From assembly GCA_945949485.1 (NCBI GenBank), contig CAMFER010000003.1, positions 605 to 64,604 on the forward strand: a DNA stretch of 64,000 bases, read 5' to 3'. The notes beneath the pieces are model-generated. The model did not search any database and had not been told where the DNA came from. It saw only the letters and a list, made by a program, of their open reading frames with translations. Both the position numbers and the translations under genes were made by a program. The stretch is from an uncultured Clostridium sp. (GTDB lineage: Bacteria > Bacillota > Clostridia > TANB77 > CAG-508). Below are positions 38,406 to 47,324 of this stretch, one piece after another; position 1 is the first letter of the stretch; the number at the start of each line of letters is the position of its first letter.

Positions 38406-38879
38406 ATGGATGATGAAAAAGATATAATAGAAGTTGAAAAAGTTGAAGATAAACCAAAGCTTGAACAACCAAAACCAGAAGAAGATAGACCTCATGAAGA
38501 AAAAAAGAAACCAGAACCAAAAGAAAAACTAATACCACCTAAAGATGAAAACAGTAAAAGAGATCTTGCTAGAGTATCTTTAATATTAGGAATTGTTGCA
38601 CTAGTATTATCATGTGTATGGCATATATCATTCCCATGCGGTATTTTAGCTATTGTATTTGGAGCAATGACAATCAAGTCAGCAAGCAAAAATATTGCTA
38701 TAGCTGGTATTATCACAGGTGCAATTGGAATGGTATTGTCAATAATAATAGTTTTATTCATTATGATAATAGCAGGACTATCAATTTTTAGTGAAAACAT
38801 AGATTATGAGGATAGATATTATCATAATTATAATCATGATCACTATAATTACAGATGGGATGATGAAGATTATTTTTAA
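38406..38879 (+). CDS. DUF4190-like small membrane protein with a Lys/Glu/Pro-rich N-terminus and a Tyr/His/Asp-rich tail
   Basis: LILGIVALVLS..GILAIVFGAM..IAGIITGAIGMVLSIII pattern. The start is uncertain (ATG 38394 or 38406). Confidence 0.6.
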   Translation: MDDEKDIIEVEKVEDKPKLEQPKPEEDRPHEEKKKPEPKEKLIPPKDENSKRDLARVSLILGIVALVLSCVWHISFPCGILAIVFGAMTIKSASKNIAIAGIITGAIGMVLSIIIVLFIMIIAGLSIFSENIDYEDRYYHNYNHDHYNYRWDDEDYF

Positions 38880-38952
38880 TAAATAAAAATATATGTAATT
38901 AATCTCTAAATTAAAGCATAAAATTAAATAGCTTTAATTTGGAGGTTTTTTT

Positions 38953-39738
38953 ATGTTTTTAGTACTAAATAAAGAAAAAATATGTGCGTATTTAGTTTCA
39001 ATAGTTACAGTTGTTCTTCTATTTCTAGTTGCAAGCAATATGAAGTCAAATAATAATATAGCGGTTCAAACTTCTAGCAGTTTAAAAGAAAATTTACCAA
39101 TATATAGTGTAAAGACAGACGAAAACAAAGTAGCTCTTACTATGAATTGTGCATGGAATGCGGATGACATAGATAGTATATTAGAAACTTTAAACAAAAA
39201 GAATGTTAAGATAACTTTTTTTATTGTAGGGGATTGGATAGAAAAATTTCCAGATGCAGTAAAGAAAATATATGAAGCAGGGCATGAAATAGGAACACAT
39301 AGTGATACACATCCACATGTAAATAATTTAAGTTATGAAAAAAATGTAGAACAATTAGCTAGAAGTAATGAGAAGATAGAAAAGATTACAGGAAAAAAGG
39401 CAGATTTATATAGAGCACCTTATGGAGAATATAATGATACTGTTATAAAATCAGCAAAAGATAATGGATATTATACTATCCAGTGGAGTTTAGATACTTT
39501 AGATTATACAGGATTAACAGGCGAAGAAATGTGGAATAGACTTAATGGAAAAATAAAAAAAGGAGATATTATCTTAATGCATAATGGAACTGAACATACA
39601 GCTGATAGCTTAGAATATTTAATAAATAAAATAAAAGAAAAGAATTTAGAGATAGTAAAAGTTTCAGATTTAATATATAAAGACAACTATTACATTGATA
39701 ATACGGGAATGCAAATAAAAAGTAACAATGATGAATAA
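38953..39738 (+). CDS. Polysaccharide deacetylase family sporulation protein (PdaB-like)
   Basis: VALTMNCAWNADDI..ITFFIVGDW..HEIGTHSDTHPH NodB motifs with an N-terminal anchor. Confidence 0.75.
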   Translation: MFLVLNKEKICAYLVSIVTVVLLFLVASNMKSNNNIAVQTSSSLKENLPIYSVKTDENKVALTMNCAWNADDIDSILETLNKKNVKITFFIVGDWIEKFPDAVKKIYEAGHEIGTHSDTHPHVNNLSYEKNVEQLARSNEKIEKITGKKADLYRAPYGEYNDTVIKSAKDNGYYTIQWSLDTLDYTGLTGEEMWNRLNGKIKKGDIILMHNGTEHTADSLEYLINKIKEKNLEIVKVSDLIYKDNYYIDNTGMQIKSNNDE

Positions 39739-39936
39739 ATTAATAGAAAATGGAAATAATGTTGGTATAAAGTACCAAAAATCAAGTAATTTAAAGGAAA
39801 AAAATAACTTTTCTGAATAAAATTAACTTTTTATGTAGACAAAGCCAGCAAAATGTTGTATAATAAGAAATGTAAGTAATGAGCACTAAGAAAAATATAC
39901 AATTGATAAATTTTAAAAAAATAGGAGGAGAAAAAA

Positions 39937-40629
39937 TTGGATACAAATTATTTAGAGAACAACTACTTAACATTAGTAGGAAAAGTTACAGGAGAAAAGA
40001 AATTTAGTCATGAAATATATGGTGAAAGATTTTATATCTTTAATTTATCTATACCACGTTTAAGTGGAAATTCAGATATAATACCAATTACAGTTTCAGA
40101 AAGACTAATTAATGAAGAAACATTACAAGAAGGTAAAAAACTTTTAGTAAAAGGACAATTTAGATCATATAATAGTTATGAAAATGAAAAAAATAGATTG
40201 ATACTAACTGTTTTTGCTAAAGACATTGTAGAAGTTGAAGAAAGTAATGAAGAAGAAAGTGAAATTGTAAAAAAAGATGTAATAACAAATGAAGTAGTAT
40301 TAATAGGATTTATTTGTAAAAAGCCTATATACAGACAAACTCCATTTGGTAGAGAAATTTCAGACTTATTATTAGCAGTAAATAGAGCATATAATAAATC
40401 AGACTATATACCTTGTATTGCATGGGGAAGAAATGCAAGATTTTGCCAAAATCTAGAAGTTGGAACACAAGTAAAAGTAGTAGGAAGAGTTCAATCTAGA
40501 ACTTATGAGAAAAAACATGAAGATGGTACAGTTGAAACAAGAGTAGCTTATGAGGTATCAGTTGGAAGCTTAGAAGTTATTGAAGAAAAAGACAACAGTA
40601 ATGAAGTTGAAAATAAAGAAGCTGTGTAA
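39937..40629 (+). CDS. Tandem OB-fold SSB-like protein
   Basis: TTG start after a GGAGGAG SD. It has two SSB-like OB halves (LTLVGKV..LLVKGQFRSY and VVLIGFIC..VKVVGRVQSRTYE) and no acidic SSB tail. Confidence 0.55.
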   Translation: MDTNYLENNYLTLVGKVTGEKKFSHEIYGERFYIFNLSIPRLSGNSDIIPITVSERLINEETLQEGKKLLVKGQFRSYNSYENEKNRLILTVFAKDIVEVEESNEEESEIVKKDVITNEVVLIGFICKKPIYRQTPFGREISDLLLAVNRAYNKSDYIPCIAWGRNARFCQNLEVGTQVKVVGRVQSRTYEKKHEDGTVETRVAYEVSVGSLEVIEEKDNSNEVENKEAV

Positions 40630-40655
40630 TTATAATAAGAATTAATAAAATAGAT

Positions 40656-40695
40656 AAAAAAGTTCTAAAAGTCTAGTTTTTTAGAACTTTTTTTG
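40656..40695 (+). terminator. Intrinsic terminator
   Basis: AAAAAGTTCTAAAA / TTTTTTAGAACTTTTT stem followed by a T run. Confidence 0.8.
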
Positions 40696-40729
40696 ATATA
40701 ATTTTAAAAAATATGAAAGGAAAAAACTT

Positions 40730-42409
40730 ATGAAAAAAGATAAATTAAATAAAAGAACTGTTAAAGATAAAAGTCTAGAAATTAGATTTATTATAATTGC
40801 GGTAATATTAATTTCTATTTTTTGCATAGCTTTGACACCGGTTACATTTCAAAATGATACATATTATACAATAAAAATAGGAGAACATATTGTAGAATAC
40901 GGAATAGATATGCAAGATCCTTTTTCATGGCATGAAAATTTAGGATATACATATCCACATTGGTTATATGATTTACTAACTTATTTAATATATTCAATTT
41001 CAGGTTTTACTGGAATATACATTACTACATGTATATTATCAGTTATATTAGGTCTATCAATATTTTTTGTAAATAGAAAATTAGTAAAAAATGACTTTAT
41101 GTCATTTATAGTTACGATAGGAGCAATGTATTTACTAAAACCATATATTGCTGCTAGAGCTCAACTTGTCACATTTATATTATTTTTATTTACAGTATAT
41201 TTTATAGAATGTTTTTTAAGTACAAAGAAAATAAGATATGCAGTAGGATTAGTAATAATTCCAATATTAATTGCTAATTTGCATTCGGCAGTATTCCCAT
41301 TCTACTTTGTTTTGTATCTACCATATATAGCAGAATATTTAATAGCATGTATTTCAGAAATAGTTATTTATAAGAAGATAAAAATATTTAATTTGATAAG
41401 AAAAATAAAAAAATTAGAAAATAAAAATATTAATAACGAAAAGTTAGAAAATTTAAAGAAACAATTAAATGAATTAGAAATAAAAATAGATAAAGTTAAA
41501 GTTAAAAGAACGAAAGAATTAAAGTCTCCATATAAGATAAAAATGGAGAAAAATAAAAATGTTAAGTGGCTAATATTAATTCTAGTTATATGTATATTTA
41601 CAGGATTATTAACACCACTTGGAACAACACCATATACTTATCTATTTAAAACAATGCAAGGAAATACAACACAAAACATAAATGAGCATTTACCAATGAC
41701 TTTAGCTACAGATACAGATATTATTTGTACACTTATAATATTTTTAGCAATATTAATATTTACAAAGGCAGAAATAAGATTATGCGATTTATTTATGCTA
41801 GGTGGACTATGTTATCTGATGTTAGCATCAAGAAGGCAAGTAAGTATGTTTGCAATAATTGCTTGCATAATACTAAATAGATTAGTGTTAGAAATAGATA
41901 GAATATATACTGGAAATACAATAAAAGAAGCTAGTAAAGCTATGGCAAGTAAAGTAGGTTTAATTTTAACTACAATAATTATGTTGATATTAAGTATGTA
42001 TTTTGCAAAAGACAAATTTGATGATAAATTTATAGATGAAGATCAATATCCTGTAAAAGCATGTGACTTCATATTAGAAAATGTAGATTTAGGACAAGCA
42101 AAGTTTTATAATGAATACAATTATGGAAGTTATATGTTGTTTAGAGGAATTCCAGTATTTATAGATTCAAGAGCAGATTTATATTCACCAGAGTTTAGTG
42201 GAAAAAAAGATGATATATTTATGGACTTTATAAATACATCAAGTATAAATGATTTTTATGAAGATACATTTGAAAAATATGGAATTACACATGTTATTTG
42301 TTTTAGAACTTCAAAAGTAAATATGTTAATTACAAAAACTCATGATGAAAATTATAATAAGTTGTACGAAGATAATCGTTTTATTATTTACGAGAGAGTA
42401 ACAGAATAA
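40730..42409 (+). CDS. Large polytopic membrane protein (GT-C-like glycosyltransferase fold suspected) with an internal Lys-rich coiled-coil insert
   Basis: 559 aa, more than 10 TM segments, and a cytoplasmic insert KKIKIFNLIRKIKKLENKNINNEKLENLKKQLNELEIKIDKVKVKR. Confidence 0.45.
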   Translation: MKKDKLNKRTVKDKSLEIRFIIIAVILISIFCIALTPVTFQNDTYYTIKIGEHIVEYGIDMQDPFSWHENLGYTYPHWLYDLLTYLIYSISGFTGIYITTCILSVILGLSIFFVNRKLVKNDFMSFIVTIGAMYLLKPYIAARAQLVTFILFLFTVYFIECFLSTKKIRYAVGLVIIPILIANLHSAVFPFYFVLYLPYIAEYLIACISEIVIYKKIKIFNLIRKIKKLENKNINNEKLENLKKQLNELEIKIDKVKVKRTKELKSPYKIKMEKNKNVKWLILILVICIFTGLLTPLGTTPYTYLFKTMQGNTTQNINEHLPMTLATDTDIICTLIIFLAILIFTKAEIRLCDLFMLGGLCYLMLASRRQVSMFAIIACIILNRLVLEIDRIYTGNTIKEASKAMASKVGLILTTIIMLILSMYFAKDKFDDKFIDEDQYPVKACDFILENVDLGQAKFYNEYNYGSYMLFRGIPVFIDSRADLYSPEFSGKKDDIFMDFINTSSINDFYEDTFEKYGITHVICFRTSKVNMLITKTHDENYNKLYEDNRFIIYERVTE

Positions 42410-42423
42410 AAGGGGAGATTAGC

Positions 42424-42942
42424 TTGGAAAATGAAAAGTCTTTGATAAAAAATAAAAAAGATAATAAGAATTCATATTTGCCTATAATATTAATAATTGT
42501 AGGAATTGTATTAGTAGACCAAATAGTAAAAATAGTTATAACTAATATAGGACAAATTACATTAATTGAAAACATTTTGAAATTTGAAATTTTTGAAAAT
42601 ACTAATGCAGCCTATGGAATAGGTTCCAATTCTACATTAATGTATATAGTAACTAATTTAGTTATAATAGCTATAATAACTAAATTTATTACATCACAAA
42701 ATGAATTTGTAGATTTTAAATTTAAAATATTATTGAGCTTTATTATTGCAGGGGGAATATCTAATGTAATAGATAGAATTATAAGAGGATATGTTTTAGA
42801 ATTTATAAACATAAAATTATTAATAAATTTACCTGTACTTAATATAGCAGATATTTTTGTAATAATAGGTTGGGTGTCTATTGCCGCTATCTTTGCAGGA
42901 TTTACAGTAAAAGAATGGAGAGAACAAAAAAATAAAAAATAA
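42424..42942 (+). CDS. lspA: Lipoprotein signal peptidase II
   Basis: NTNAAYGIG and GGISNVIDRIIRGYVLEF motifs, in the lspA-rluD context. TTG start after an AAGGGGAG SD. Confidence 0.85.
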   Translation: MENEKSLIKNKKDNKNSYLPIILIIVGIVLVDQIVKIVITNIGQITLIENILKFEIFENTNAAYGIGSNSTLMYIVTNLVIIAIITKFITSQNEFVDFKFKILLSFIIAGGISNVIDRIIRGYVLEFINIKLLINLPVLNIADIFVIIGWVSIAAIFAGFTVKEWREQKNKK

Positions 42943-42974
42943 TGAATACTAAAAAGGAGAATAGGTGAAATAGA

Positions 42975-43903
42975 GTGAAAAAAATCATAGTAGAAAATGA
43001 AGAAGAAGGTATGAGAATAGATAAATTTCTAGCTAAAATAGAAGAAGACCTTTCAAGAGTAGCTATACAAAGATTGATAGAAGAAAATAAGATACAAGTT
43101 AATGGAAAGAAAACAAAAGCTTCATATAAAGTATGTAATGGAGATATTATAGAAATTGAAGAAGAAACACCAAAAGAAATTGATATCAAAGCACAAAATA
43201 TACCTGTGGATATAATATATGAAGATGACGACATTATAGTTGTTAATAAACCCAAAGGTATGGTAGTGCATCCAGCAAATGGAAATCCAGATGGAACTTT
43301 AGTAAATGCATTAATGGCGATTTGCAAAGATTCATTATCTGGGATTGGTGGAGAAATTAGACCAGGAATTGTTCATAGACTTGATAAAGATACTTCTGGA
43401 ATTATTATAGTGGCTAAAAATGATAAGGCACATATTAATTTAAGTGAACAAATAAAAAATCATGAGATTAAAAAAACATATATAGCTCTTGTTAGAGGAA
43501 TAGTAAAAGAAAATGAAGCAACTATAAATATGCCTATTGGAAGAAGTCAAAAAGATAGAAAGAAAATGGCAGTTGTGAAAAATGGTAAAGAAGCGATAAC
43601 ACATTTTAAAGTTTTAGAAAGATTTAATAAAGATAATTGCACATTGTTGGAAGTGAATATAGAAACACGGAAGAACTCACCAAATAAGAGTACATCTTTC
43701 TCAAATAGGATATCCAATTATACGGAGATACAACTTATTCAAAAGGAAAAAACAAATGGAATGTAGAAGGACAATGCTTACATGCTAAGAGATTGAAATT
43801 TAAGCATCCAAGTAAAAATATTGAATTAGAATTAGAAGCTCCATTACCAAGTTATTTTAAAAATATAATAAAAGAATTGGAAGATAACAATTGCGGGAAG
43901 TAA
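42975..43903 (+). pseudogene. rluD: 23S rRNA pseudouridine synthase RluD family, frame broken twice (43668 ACA C GGA; 43723 ATA C GGA)
   Basis: S4 domain plus HRLDKDTSG. Skipping both Cs restores [39 protein letters not shown]..LPSYF, to TAA at 43901-43903. Confidence 0.85.
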
Positions 43904-43924
43904 TTATACAGTAAGGAGAAAAAT

Positions 43925-44647
43925 ATGGAAGAAAATATGAGATTACAAAAATTTCTTGCAGAAGCAGGAGTTACTTCAAGAAGAAAAGCAGAACAGTTAA
44001 TTTTAGATGGAAAAATAAAGGTAAATGGAGTAGTTATTAAGGAACTTGGTACAAAGGTAAATCCAAATAAAGATGTAATATTATATAATGAAAAAGAGGT
44101 AAGTTTAGAAAACAATAAATATGTTTATATATTATTAAATAAACCTATAGGATATGTTACTACACTAAAAGACCAATTTGGAAGAGACTCGATTATAGAT
44201 TTAGTGAAAGTAAAGCAAAGAGTTGTCCCTGTTGGAAGATTAGATATGTATACATCTGGAGCAATAATATTAACAAATGACGGCGATTTTGTATATAAAG
44301 TTACACATCCTAAACATGAAATAGAAAAAACTTATACAGTTACGATAAAAGGAATTATAAAGAAAGAAGAGGTAGAAAACTTAAGAGCTGGAGTTGATAT
44401 TGGGGGATATGTTACAAAACCTGCTAAAGTTAAAATTTTAAAAACAGATGAAGAAAAAAATCAATCCAGATTAGAAATTACTATACATGAAGGGAAAAAT
44501 AGGCAAGTAAGAAAAATGTGCGAATCAATAAAACATAAAGTTTTAGCATTACATAGAAGCAAAATAGCAGGAATAGAAGTAAAAGATATTCCATTAGGAA
44601 AGTGGAGATATTTAAAAAAAGAGGAAATTTCTAAAATTTTGTATTGA
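43925..44647 (+). CDS. rluB: rRNA pseudouridine synthase (RluB/RsuA family)
   Basis: S4 domain MRLQKFLAEAGVTSRRKAEQLI, GRLDMYTSGAIILTNDG, EGKNRQVRKMC. Confidence 0.88.
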   Translation: MEENMRLQKFLAEAGVTSRRKAEQLILDGKIKVNGVVIKELGTKVNPNKDVILYNEKEVSLENNKYVYILLNKPIGYVTTLKDQFGRDSIIDLVKVKQRVVPVGRLDMYTSGAIILTNDGDFVYKVTHPKHEIEKTYTVTIKGIIKKEEVENLRAGVDIGGYVTKPAKVKILKTDEEKNQSRLEITIHEGKNRQVRKMCESIKHKVLALHRSKIAGIEVKDIPLGKWRYLKKEEISKILY

Positions 44648-44712
44648 AAATAAATACTAGAAAATATATAATATAAAAAATTAGACAAAAGAAAAAAGGA
44701 GAATTCATACAA

Positions 44713-45529
44713 ATGAAAGCATTTCAATTTAAACCTGAAGGTTGGAATAATGAAATAAGTAAGGTAAATCAAAATAATATAGAAGAGTATATTAAAGAAA
44801 AAAAGATATTACAAGGATTAGTCAAAAGTTGTGATAAAGATTTAAATTTACACGTTGATTTTGAAGATGGAATTGAAGGCATAATTCCTAGAGAAGAAAT
44901 TGAACAAATAAATATAGAAGAAGATGGTTTGCCTAAAGAGAGAATATGTACAGGGAAAGTGCATAAATTTATTCAATTTAGGATAAAAGATATAAATAAA
45001 AATAACAATAACAATAATGTTTTAACATTATCTAGAAAACAAGTACAAAAAGAAGCTCTAAGTTGGGTTTTGAACGACTTGCAAATTGGAGAAAAAGTAG
45101 ATGGAATAGTTAAAAACATAAAGCCATACGGAGCATTTGTAGAAATAGGTGGAGGTGTTGTTGGTTTAGTTCATATTGAAGATTTATCTGTTGCAAGAAT
45201 CAAAACACCATATGAGAGATTAAAAATTGGACAAAAAGTAGAAATTGTAGTAAAATCTATAGATAGAGAGAAAAAGAAAGTTATTTTGTCATACAAAGAA
45301 ACTTTAGGCACATGGGAAGAAAATGCAAATAGTTTTATTAAAGGAATGAAAACAACAGGAATAGTAAGAGAAACAGAAAAAAATAAAAACGGCATTTTCA
45401 TAGAGCTTACACCAAATTTAGTAGGTATGGCTGAATACAAAGATGGATTTGAATATCGGTCAAAAAGTAGATGTGCTAGTTAAAAAAATAGATAAGGATA
45501 AGAAAAAAGTAAAATTACTAATTGTTTAA
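44713..45529 (+). pseudogene. S1 RNA-binding domain protein, frame broken at 45457 (TAT C GGT)
   Basis: S1 repeats are present (GEKVDGIVKNIKPYGAFVEIGGGVVGLVHIEDLS). Skipping C45457 completes the last S1 domain: EYKDGFEY|GQKVDVLVKKIDKDKKKVKLLIV*. Confidence 0.8.
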
Positions 45530-45554
45530 TAGAAAATATTAAGGAGGAAGAGAT

Positions 45555-46490
45555 ATGGTTAATGATAATGAAATAAAAGCAAAAGTTTCACCTTTTGCAA
45601 TAAGAGAGGGAGAAATTAAAACTTTTGATGGAAAAGACGGATATGTATCAATGAATCAAATCGTACATAAGATAAATATAGGACATATAAATGAAATTCA
45701 TTTTGCTATATTAGATTTAGTAAATGAATTTGAATTTATAACTTCAAGACAACTTTATCAAATGCTAGAAATAAAAGGGATAGATCCAAAATCTCAAGAT
45801 AAGTTAAACAATAAATTAGAACAATTAGTAAAATCCAAAATATTAACAAGATATTATTTTACATCAGATGAAGGAAAAGGAATATATAGAATATATTGCT
45901 TAGAAAAAATGGGTAAATACTTACTAAATTCAAAGGAAATTGATTGTAAATGGCAACCATCTGATAATACAAAGCCAGTTGCAATGATAAAAAAAAGATT
46001 AGCAGGAAATCAAACATTAATTGCATATTTAAGAAAAGTTAAAGCTTTTGATAGCTATGTTGTAAAACCAGCATTAACAGCAAAAGTTTCTGCCAAAATT
46101 TTTAAAGCATCAGGTGGATCAGTAAAATTAACTAAAAATAAAAAGTCAATTCAATTTTTATTTGAAGCAATAAGAAGAGAAAATGAATGGCCTAAAAAAT
46201 TAGTGGATAAGATGAGATTATATAAAGAATTTTATGAAAATTTTGTACCAGGTGATTCAGGATTTTCTACTATGCCACAATTAATATTTATTTGTGAAGA
46301 TGAAAAACATATGGCTGAAACTTTTAAGGAAATTATAAAAAATGAATTAGAAATACCACAAATAAAATTATACTTTACAACTGATTTAAGACAAAATGAA
46401 GAAACTTTGGAAAATACTTTGGTAGATTTTAAATTAGTTGATGGAAAATATAAAATGGAAAATGTAGAATTAAAATTATTAGGCATGTAA
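45555..46490 (+). CDS. Hypothetical protein (311 aa; N-terminal winged-helix-like, possibly replication-relaxation family)
   Basis: AAGGAGGAAG SD. FAILDLVNEFEFITSRQLYQML resembles a wHTH. The family assignment is weak. Confidence 0.4.
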   Translation: MVNDNEIKAKVSPFAIREGEIKTFDGKDGYVSMNQIVHKINIGHINEIHFAILDLVNEFEFITSRQLYQMLEIKGIDPKSQDKLNNKLEQLVKSKILTRYYFTSDEGKGIYRIYCLEKMGKYLLNSKEIDCKWQPSDNTKPVAMIKKRLAGNQTLIAYLRKVKAFDSYVVKPALTAKVSAKIFKASGGSVKLTKNKKSIQFLFEAIRRENEWPKKLVDKMRLYKEFYENFVPGDSGFSTMPQLIFICEDEKHMAETFKEIIKNELEIPQIKLYFTTDLRQNEETLENTLVDFKLVDGKYKMENVELKLLGM

Positions 46491-46497
46491 AAAAGAA

Positions 46498-46533
46498 AGA
46501 GGAGTAGAATATTAATATTTATGCTACTCCTCT
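46498..46533. terminator. Bidirectional terminator
   Basis: AGAGGAGTAG / CTACTCCTCT stem between convergent genes. Confidence 0.75.
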
Positions 46534-46539
46534 TATTTA

Positions 46540-47271
46540 TTATAATATATCTAGTATTTCTTTAGCTCTTTTAATATCATTGTTATTTGCATCTCTTACA
46601 TCTTCCAATTCATATTTTACACCTAACTTTTCCCATTTGTATTTTCCAATACTATGATATGGGAGAAGTTCAATTTTTTTTACATTGGTAAGTGTAGATA
46701 AAAATGTTTTTAGTTTCTCTAAATCTTCTTTATCATCAGTATATCCAGGAACAAGAACTTGTCTTATCCATACAGGGATTGAATTATCACTTAAATATTT
46801 AGCAAATTCTAGTTCGAGTTTATTAGAAGTACCTACTAATGCTTTGCTTTTTTCAGGGTCAATATGTTTTATATCTAATAAAACTAAATCTGTTAAAGAT
46901 AATAATTTTTTTATTTCTTCGGTTATTACTACCATTCCAGAAGTATCTATACAAGTATGTATATTTTCTTCTTTTAATTTAGTAAATAATTCGATTAAGA
47001 ATGGAGCTTGCAATAAAGGTTCTCCACCTGTTATAGTAACTCCACCATTTGGGTATATATAATTTTTGTATCTCATAATTTTGTCAAATACTTCGTCAAG
47101 AGATTTATATGTGCCTAATCTCATATCCCAAGTATCTCTATTGTGACAATATTTGCATTTTAGATTACATCCTTGAAGAAATAATACAAATCTAATTCCT
47201 GGCCCATCAACTGCTCCGAAAGATTCAATAGAGTGTACTTTTGCATAATATCTTAAATCTTTTTTTTCCAT
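46540..47271 (-). CDS. pflA: Pyruvate formate-lyase activating enzyme
   Basis: SIESFGAVDGPGIRFVLFLQGCNLKCKYCHN radical-SAM motif, immediately downstream of pflB. Confidence 0.93.
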   Translation of the reverse strand: MEKKDLRYYAKVHSIESFGAVDGPGIRFVLFLQGCNLKCKYCHNRDTWDMRLGTYKSLDEVFDKIMRYKNYIYPNGGVTITGGEPLLQAPFLIELFTKLKEENIHTCIDTSGMVVITEEIKKLLSLTDLVLLDIKHIDPEKSKALVGTSNKLELEFAKYLSDNSIPVWIRQVLVPGYTDDKEDLEKLKTFLSTLTNVKKIELLPYHSIGKYKWEKLGVKYELEDVRDANNNDIKRAKEILDIL

Positions 47272-47288
47272 ATTTTCTCCTTATAATA

Positions 47289-47314
47289 GGGAATAAGAAC
47301 AAATTCTTATTCCC
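47289..47314 (-). terminator. Hairpin between pflB and pflA (partial terminator/processing site)
   Basis: GGGAATAAGAA-CAAA-TTCTTATTCCC perfect stem. Confidence 0.5.
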
Positions 47315-47324
47315 TTAAAATAAT

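Noticed and set aside
44992-45020. An AAT/AAC run (NKNNNNNN) in the S1-domain gene as a slippage or phase-variation tract.
   Set aside because: It is in frame, made of mixed AAT/AAC/AAA codons rather than a pure repeat, and sits in an inter-domain linker. The actual frame break in this gene is at 45457.
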